This document shows positions 58,461 to 64,000 of a stretch of DNA of 64,000 nt, piece after piece. The stretch comes from Nitrospirota bacterium (lineage in GTDB: Bacteria; Nitrospirota; Nitrospiria; SBBL01; JAADHI01): NCBI GenBank assembly GCA_029261155.1, contig JAJDBW010000024.1:3355-67354 (forward strand), given 5' to 3'. The stretch's first letter is position 1. The number at the start of each line of letters is the position of its first letter. Made by a program: the position numbers and the translations under genes. Under the pieces are notes generated by a model. It was given only the letters and a program-made list of their open reading frames with translations. It was not told where the DNA came from and ran no database searches.

Positions 58461-58883
58461 TTAATGGGCGACGCCCACTTTTACAGTAACACGACTTCCC
58501 GTGACCCGAGGCAGGTCCACGGTCATAATATAGGAATCGGCAACAATTTTGAGCGTTTCTTGAGGATCGACATATTTATTGGCGACGTTTCGAGCAAGGG
58601 GCACGTTGTCCGCATCGAGCAGGTCGTAATAAAGATAAACCCGTTTCCTCACGTCTGAATGGTTTCGAACCGTTGCATTCCAAAAAAATTGCGTTTTGCC
58701 AATCCGATCCCAGACTTCGCCTGGATGCCAAGCATGCCCGATCACTTCGATCTTAGAGGCATCCCGATCCACAGCCTTGGCTTCGCTTGGGAAAATAGCG
58801 CTCATGGATACTAGCGCAACGAAGAGAAGCAGAAGACATGAGGGCAAAAAACAAAATCGATTTCGATGGAGATAACGGCTCAT
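58461..58883 (-). CDS. Exported hypothetical protein (FxLYD-like Ig fold)
   Basis: Signal peptide; ATVRN...YYDLLDADN pattern. Overlaps the upstream gene (ATGA). Confidence 0.6.
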   Translation of the reverse strand: MSRYLHRNRFCFLPSCLLLLFVALVSMSAIFPSEAKAVDRDASKIEVIGHAWHPGEVWDRIGKTQFFWNATVRNHSDVRKRVYLYYDLLDADNVPLARNVANKYVDPQETLKIVADSYIMTVDLPRVTGSRVTVKVGVAH

Positions 58884-59461
58884 TTCCCCTCTGCCGCTTC
58901 GATCTGCTTGGTCCCCATGCCGAAGGGTAATTTCCGTTCTTTCAAGGTTGCAAGCTCCCGATAAACGGATTGGAAGGCTTCAGTGGAAAGCGCCGGGTCG
59001 CTTAGACGCGCCATGTCTTCAGGCGCCACCGGGACCCAGGCCAGCTCGGCTAAATCGGTCAATCCGATCCGAACCCAGTGGTGCGGTAAAAGTTCCTGCA
59101 TCACTAAAAAACCGACACCGCGGTTATAGGTCGTCGCCGTCTTGATGGCCAACCGTCCCTCTTCTGCCGAAACACACTTTCCAATGGCAAGGTTCATCGG
59201 TGGATCCAAAAAAGGAAAGAAGGCCAGCCGAACTTTCATCGTTTCATTCGATGCCTTCACTTCCTCTCGGATCTCCGCCTTTTGCTTCTTATACTTTTTT
59301 GAGAGTTTCAGATCAATTGTCGTAAGCACCTCGCGGTTTCCCGCCGCATTACAATCGTAAACTTCTTTTTCAAAAGCGCCGGCCACCTCGCTGAAGAGCG
59401 CGAAAAAGCTTATGCTTAGTATTAGGATTCGACCCCACTGGGGACGGGATAAGGACATCAT
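58880..59461 (-). CDS. Exported hypothetical protein
   Basis: Signal peptide, RBS, two Cys; operonic position. Confidence 0.65.
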   Translation of the reverse strand: MMSLSRPQWGRILILSISFFALFSEVAGAFEKEVYDCNAAGNREVLTTIDLKLSKKYKKQKAEIREEVKASNETMKVRLAFFPFLDPPMNLAIGKCVSAEEGRLAIKTATTYNRGVGFLVMQELLPHHWVRIGLTDLAELAWVPVAPEDMARLSDPALSTEAFQSVYRELATLKERKLPFGMGTKQIEAAEGK

Positions 59462-59518
59462 GTTCTCTTTACTCCTTGCGATTCCATCGCGTTAAAACTT
59501 TTACTGTTCGCATCCAGA

Positions 59519-60535
59519 TCACGATCCCTTCCGGGATGGCGCCATGGCCTTCAAACGATTCAGGTAATCTTGTGCCGCCTTGTTTTTGGGGTCGAGTTCC
59601 AACACCCGCTCAAAGCTTTCCCGCGCGCGCATCTTGAGGGTCGCGCGGTCTTCGGCGTTTGAAAGTTCCGCCGCCAACAGAATCTGGGCCTCTCCAAGCG
59701 CGAAATAAAGTTCCGGATCGTCTAATCGTACCTTTGAAAGGGTGACGTACTCTTTGACCGCATCCATGTAGAGCTTTGCGCGAAAATAAAGCTTGGCCAA
59801 ACGCTCACGGGCATCCGATTCATTCGGATCGGCTTCGAGCATCATCTTCCACTGCTCGGCGGCCTCGCCAAATTTCCCTTTTTTTTCGTAAATCAATCCC
59901 AGATTATAGCGAGCCTCCAAGTAAGACGTGTCTTTTTCGAGGGCGATCTCATAAGCCCGTTCGGCCTCATCGTTTTTTCCCATCGCGAAGTATATATTCC
60001 CTATGCCGACCTTCACGATGGGAATATCAGGAACCAATGCATCCGCCTGCAAATAGGCATCTAAAGCCTCTTTCCTTTTTTCCAAGCGAACATAAGCATG
60101 CCCTAGAGAAATAAAACCATGTTCATCCTTCGGCGCCAACACCGTGACTCTCTGGAACTCCCGAACCGCCGAGTCCAGATCATTACTTGCGAGATAGAAT
60201 CGCCCCAACCAATAATGAACCGTCGGGTTTTTTGGGTGTTCCCGAACCAAGCCTTTATAAAACGAAATGCCAAGGCGCCCTCTGCGCATCGCCAAATAAG
60301 TGCGGTGGAGGGCAAGATGGTATTTATGGTTATCGATGCTCAGCTTCACGGCCTGGGCCAATTCAACAACGGCATCGTTGAAACGGCGTTGCTTATTCAG
60401 GTCCAGTCCCGCTTCGAAAAAGGCCTGGGCCTGTTCTTCAGGCGTCGCCGCATGTGAGGTGCCCGAAATAGAAAAACAAACCACGATCAATACGACCAAG
60501 CCGATCTGAGCAAAAAGAGCGCGCGCTTTTCTCAT
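59519..60535 (-). CDS. Exported TPR-repeat protein
   Basis: Signal peptide; repeated TPR motifs (YWLGRFY, YNLGLIY, FERVLELDPKN). Confidence 0.88.
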   Translation of the reverse strand: MRKARALFAQIGLVVLIVVCFSISGTSHAATPEEQAQAFFEAGLDLNKQRRFNDAVVELAQAVKLSIDNHKYHLALHRTYLAMRRGRLGISFYKGLVREHPKNPTVHYWLGRFYLASNDLDSAVREFQRVTVLAPKDEHGFISLGHAYVRLEKRKEALDAYLQADALVPDIPIVKVGIGNIYFAMGKNDEAERAYEIALEKDTSYLEARYNLGLIYEKKGKFGEAAEQWKMMLEADPNESDARERLAKLYFRAKLYMDAVKEYVTLSKVRLDDPELYFALGEAQILLAAELSNAEDRATLKMRARESFERVLELDPKNKAAQDYLNRLKAMAPSRKGS

Positions 60536-60661
60536 AAAAAGCCTTTTGAATATGAATAATTGATCCTAAGCGCATCTTAACATCGGGATGAAAAAAACAC
60601 AATAATAGATCGATTTTAGCCTCTGGATAGTGCTACACTTTTCGGAGAAGGAGCGCAAAAC

Positions 60662-62332
60662 ACGAACATCTACGGATCGACCAACGGTTTAAAACCCCTT
60701 CAAATCAAGCGGCTTGAGCAAATCAGCCGACGCAAACTGAAAGCGGATCAAGTCATTACTTTTGATATGGCCCGCCTTCTCACCACGCTTTCGCAAGAAA
60801 TCAACCGCCAGATCGGTATCCTCTTGGGGAGAGACGGAAAGATCCACTTTGTATTGGTCGGAGACCAACGCCAGCTCATGATCCCCGATTTAAGCGATTT
60901 CCGACTCGGAAAACGCGCCTTGCGCGGCCTTCGTCTGGTGCATACCCATCTCAAAAACGAAGCATTGAACCAAGAGGATTTAACAGACTTGGCCCTGCTG
61001 CGCCTCGATTTGATTGTCGCCATCGGCATCCTTCCAAATGGTGAACCGGGTCAAATCTATCTCGCACACCTGCTGCCCCCCAACCCCAGTGATCGTCTCT
61101 ACGAAATACATCCGCCCATGCCGATTCACCAACTCGACATGAACTTAAGCCCTTTTCTCAAAAGCCTAGAGGCGGAGTTTTCCCGACAACAGGCCCAAAC
61201 CCGCGCCATCGCCGGACAGGAGCAGGCCATCTTGGTAAGTGCCTCGAAGGCATCACGAATCGATCAAGAAGAGGCCATGGACGAGCTGGCCGAATTGGCC
61301 CGCTCCGCTCGAATCTCGGCCATCGATCGTGTCATGCAGCGGCCCAAGGCCCTTCATCCCAAAACCCTACTCGGAAAAGGCAAGCTCAAAGAAGTCATTA
61401 TGCGGGCCCTTCAACAACAGGCCGAGTTGCTCATCTTCGATCAAAACCTTAGTCCCCTCCAAGTCAGAACCATTGGAGAAGTCACTGAAATGAAGGTCCT
61501 TGACCGCACACAACTCATCCTCGATATTTTTGCGCAACGGGCCCACAGCCGCGAAGCGAAGGTTCAAGTGGAGTTGGCCCAACTGCGTTACCGCCTTCCC
61601 CGCCTGGCCGAGAGAAGCACCGCCCTCTCACGCCTGACTGGAGGCATCGGGGGAAGGGGACCGGGAGAAACACGCTTAGAGGTTGATCGGCGGCGGGCGC
61701 GCGACCGAATCGCCCGCTTGGAACGCGAGTTGAAATTATTAGCCGCCGCGCGGGCCAGACGAAGACAAAAACGAACGCAAAACCGACTCCCCATTGTCTC
61801 GATTGTCGGCTACACCAATGCCGGAAAATCGACCTTGTTAAATGCCTTAACCCAAAGCAAGGTCGAAACACAGGACCTCCTCTTTGCCACGCTGGACACG
61901 GCGACCCGACGCCTCCGTTTTCCAAGAGAGCGAGAGGTTATTGTGACCGATACCGTCGGCTTCATCCAATCCCTTCCCCCGGATCTGCTGGGCGCGTTCC
62001 GATCGACATTAGACGAACTGCAAGATGCCCATCTGTTGATCCACCTGGTCGATATCGCGAGCCCCCGACTCGAACAACAAATCAAAACCGTAAAAAAAAT
62101 CCTCAGAGAGCTCGACCTGAGCGAAACCCCGACGCTGCTGGCCTTCAACAAATTGGACCGAGTCGACGCGGAAACGGCAAACGCAGTGTGCGCGCGCTAT
62201 GGCGCCATTGGCCTATCTGCCCGACGATCGGACACTTTCGAGCCGCTCCTAAAAGCAATCGAGGATAATTTCTGGGGAGGAAGTCAGGCGCCTCGCGTTG
62301 AATCCGTCTCGGCAAATGACCGCGTCCCTTAA
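60662..62332 (+). CDS. hflX: GTPase HflX with long N-terminal extension (true start upstream of the ATG at 60767)
   Basis: Motifs DRTQLILDIFAQRA, GGRGPGET, GYTNAGKST, LFATLD, DTVGFI, NKLD. The N-terminal motif IYG-T-GLKP-Q is in frame upstream of 60767. Confidence 0.92.
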   Translation, partial: TNIYGSTNGLKPLQIKRLEQISRRKLKADQVITFDMARLLTTLSQEINRQIGILLGRDGKIHFVLVGDQRQLMIPDLSDFRLGKRALRGLRLVHTHLKNEALNQEDLTDLALLRLDLIVAIGILPNGEPGQIYLAHLLPPNPSDRLYEIHPPMPIHQLDMNLSPFLKSLEAEFSRQQAQTRAIAGQEQAILVSASKASRIDQEEAMDELAELARSARISAIDRVMQRPKALHPKTLLGKGKLKEVIMRALQQQAELLIFDQNLSPLQVRTIGEVTEMKVLDRTQLILDIFAQRAHSREAKVQVELAQLRYRLPRLAERSTALSRLTGGIGGRGPGETRLEVDRRRARDRIARLERELKLLAAARARRRQKRTQNRLPIVSIVGYTNAGKSTLLNALTQSKVETQDLLFATLDTATRRLRFPREREVIVTDTVGFIQSLPPDLLGAFRSTLDELQDAHLLIHLVDIASPRLEQQIKTVKKILRELDLSETPTLLAFNKLDRVDAETANAVCARYGAIGLSARRSDTFEPLLKAIEDNFWGGSQAPRVESVSANDRVP

Positions 62333-62756
62333 AAAAATTCATAAAATCTGCAGACTTTCATTTAAGTAAAGATCAGAAAGTCTGCTCAAGCCCTGCTCGA
62401 ATAAAAACGATACGAAAGTTAGAACCAGTTGAAAGCACGAATCATTTATGCTATTAAAAATACGGTCTACACAGCGTGCTTGAGCATAGGCATTCCGGAT
62501 AAAAACGGCCCTTAATCGGTTCATCATATTCGCTTCAAATCTCATTTAAATTTCAAACCGATTTCGGTTATTTGGACCAAGCCACTTTGTTGTATGGGCC
62601 TTTGCGCGCAACAGGCCCCTAGTCGTCGAGATACTAGTGGAAGAACCCCCTAAGGCGATTTGAAAGGCGGACCCTTTTCGGACAAAAAGGCGAGAAAAAA
62701 GGTATGATAAACATGAAAAGACAGCCCTCCTTAAAACCGCTATTCACTAAAACACC

Positions 62757-64000
62757 GTGAAGTTTTACCGCCCAAAGTCTGTACTCAGCCTCGTTTTAAT
62801 CGGATTTTCGATGGTCGCTCTTCCACTTATTTTTTCTTTGGTCTATGCCATCATTTATGTCGACCGACTCGTCGACCAAAGCCGGCAGGCTTTGTTTCAA
62901 GCTGTTCAGGCAACCAATGGCAGCTTAATGTTAACGGAACAAATTACCTCGATGGAGCGTAGCGCACGGCAATTTCAGATCTTGGGCGATAAATCTTTCC
63001 TTCAAATGGTGACAAAAACACACGGAGAACTCCAAGACACGACAAAGAAACTTTCTCAGTTGCCCATGGGGGAAACCCAACAAACAAAGATACGCGAGCT
63101 CACTGAAAAGGAGCAGGCCTTATTCGATATTCTTCGACAGACCCCCCAGCAGGCCGAGGGCGGGCTTCAGGATGAGACCGGCAAAGAAGCCTTTCCGACC
63201 TTCGCCATATTGTCGGGACTGGCGCAATCGATTTTTTCCGAAAATAGACAACGGGTCACGCTCGAGATTGAAGAAATGAAAAAGAAGGGCGAGGAAGCAA
63301 AGCGCACGCTGCTTTGGCAAGCCATGGGGGTGATCCCGGTGACCGTTATTTTTGTCGTTGTCTTTACCGTATTGATCGCACGCCCCATTAAACAAATCGA
63401 CCAAGCCATTCGGAGCTTGGGAAACGGACCTTTAGGCTCGAAAATTGAAATCTCCGGACCCCAAGATCTGGAGTATCTTGGAAAGCGCTTAGACTGGTTG
63501 AGATCTCGCCTAATGGAACTGGAAGAACAGAAGACCCAATTTTTAAGGCATGTTTCTCATGAACTGAAAACCCCGCTGACGGCGACCCGGGCAGGCGTTG
63601 AGATCTTAATCGATGAGGTCGCCGGTGAGTTAAATCACGAGCAACGTAAAGTGATTCAAATACTGCATCAAAAAAGCATCCAACTTCAAAAAATGATCGA
63701 GAATCTCATCAATTTTAGCGTGGTCTTGGAACGGCACGCCACCCACAACCGTCAATCGATCGGGCTCAATCTCCTCATCGAAAAAGTCATCGCCGACCAC
63801 CACTTAGCCCTGATGGCGAGGAACATTCGTACCGAGCTCAAGTTGCCGGAACAGAACATTTCCGGAGACGAAGACAAACTGACTGTGGTGGTAGACAATC
63901 TGGTTTCGAATGCCGTTAAATTTTCGCCCGTTAATGGAAAAATTCAAGTCATTCTGAGCCAAGAAGGAGACCAGGCCGTTCTCGATGTGATCGACGCCGG
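62757..64000 (+). CDS. GlrK/QseE-like sensor histidine kinase, 3'-truncated by the window edge (absent from the ORF track)
   Basis: My translation from GTG at 62757 gives RPKSVLSLVLIGF-VALPL, MERSARQF, a second TM, HAMP, FLRHVSHELKTPL and VVDNLVSNAVKFSP. Confidence 0.85.
   Translation, partial: MKFYRPKSVLSLVLIGFSMVALPLIFSLVYAIIYVDRLVDQSRQALFQAVQATNGSLMLTEQITSMERSARQFQILGDKSFLQMVTKTHGELQDTTKKLSQLPMGETQQTKIRELTEKEQALFDILRQTPQQAEGGLQDETGKEAFPTFAILSGLAQSIFSENRQRVTLEIEEMKKKGEEAKRTLLWQAMGVIPVTVIFVVVFTVLIARPIKQIDQAIRSLGNGPLGSKIEISGPQDLEYLGKRLDWLRSRLMELEEQKTQFLRHVSHELKTPLTATRAGVEILIDEVAGELNHEQRKVIQILHQKSIQLQKMIENLINFSVVLERHATHNRQSIGLNLLIEKVIADHHLALMARNIRTELKLPEQNISGDEDKLTVVVDNLVSNAVKFSPVNGKIQVILSQEGDQAVLDVIDA

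Overview
Chromosomal window of a Gram-negative bacterium. The gene repertoire suggests phylum Nitrospirota, but this is inference only. The core genes are an AttEFGH-like ABC/lipocalin operon, a HEAT/HD-GYP pair, tpx, hup, tRNA-fMet, a PhoBR-like pair, ogt, malic enzyme, a Znu/Mnt-type ABC transporter, an MFS transporter, addAB, metH, tRNA-Asn, an MCP, hflX and a GlrK-like kinase. Three regions stand out. (1) An accessory island at about 20.6-27 kb lies downstream of a luxE-like gene. It carries four TA-like pairs, three diverged remnants of neighbouring genes, and an AT-rich wHTH/pPIWI-associated-nuclease-like gene. That gene is bracketed by two direct copies of a ~60-bp palindrome, and related half-sites lie nearby, which looks like a non-integron gene cassette. 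(2) A consensus sigma70 promoter with a near-perfect Fur box drives two small paralogous CxCG proteins and a SAM methyltransferase. (3) A periplasmic copper/redox cluster at 46.4-60.5 kb has a 1653-aa MnxG-like multicopper oxidase, three paralogues with an amicyanin-type C-x2-H-x2-M copper loop, an FGE-family protein and a Tat-exported molybdoenzyme. TPR, WD40 and other secreted proteins lie upstream of it. No CRISPR array, integrase or transposase is visible. All family assignments come from motif recognition; no database searches were run.
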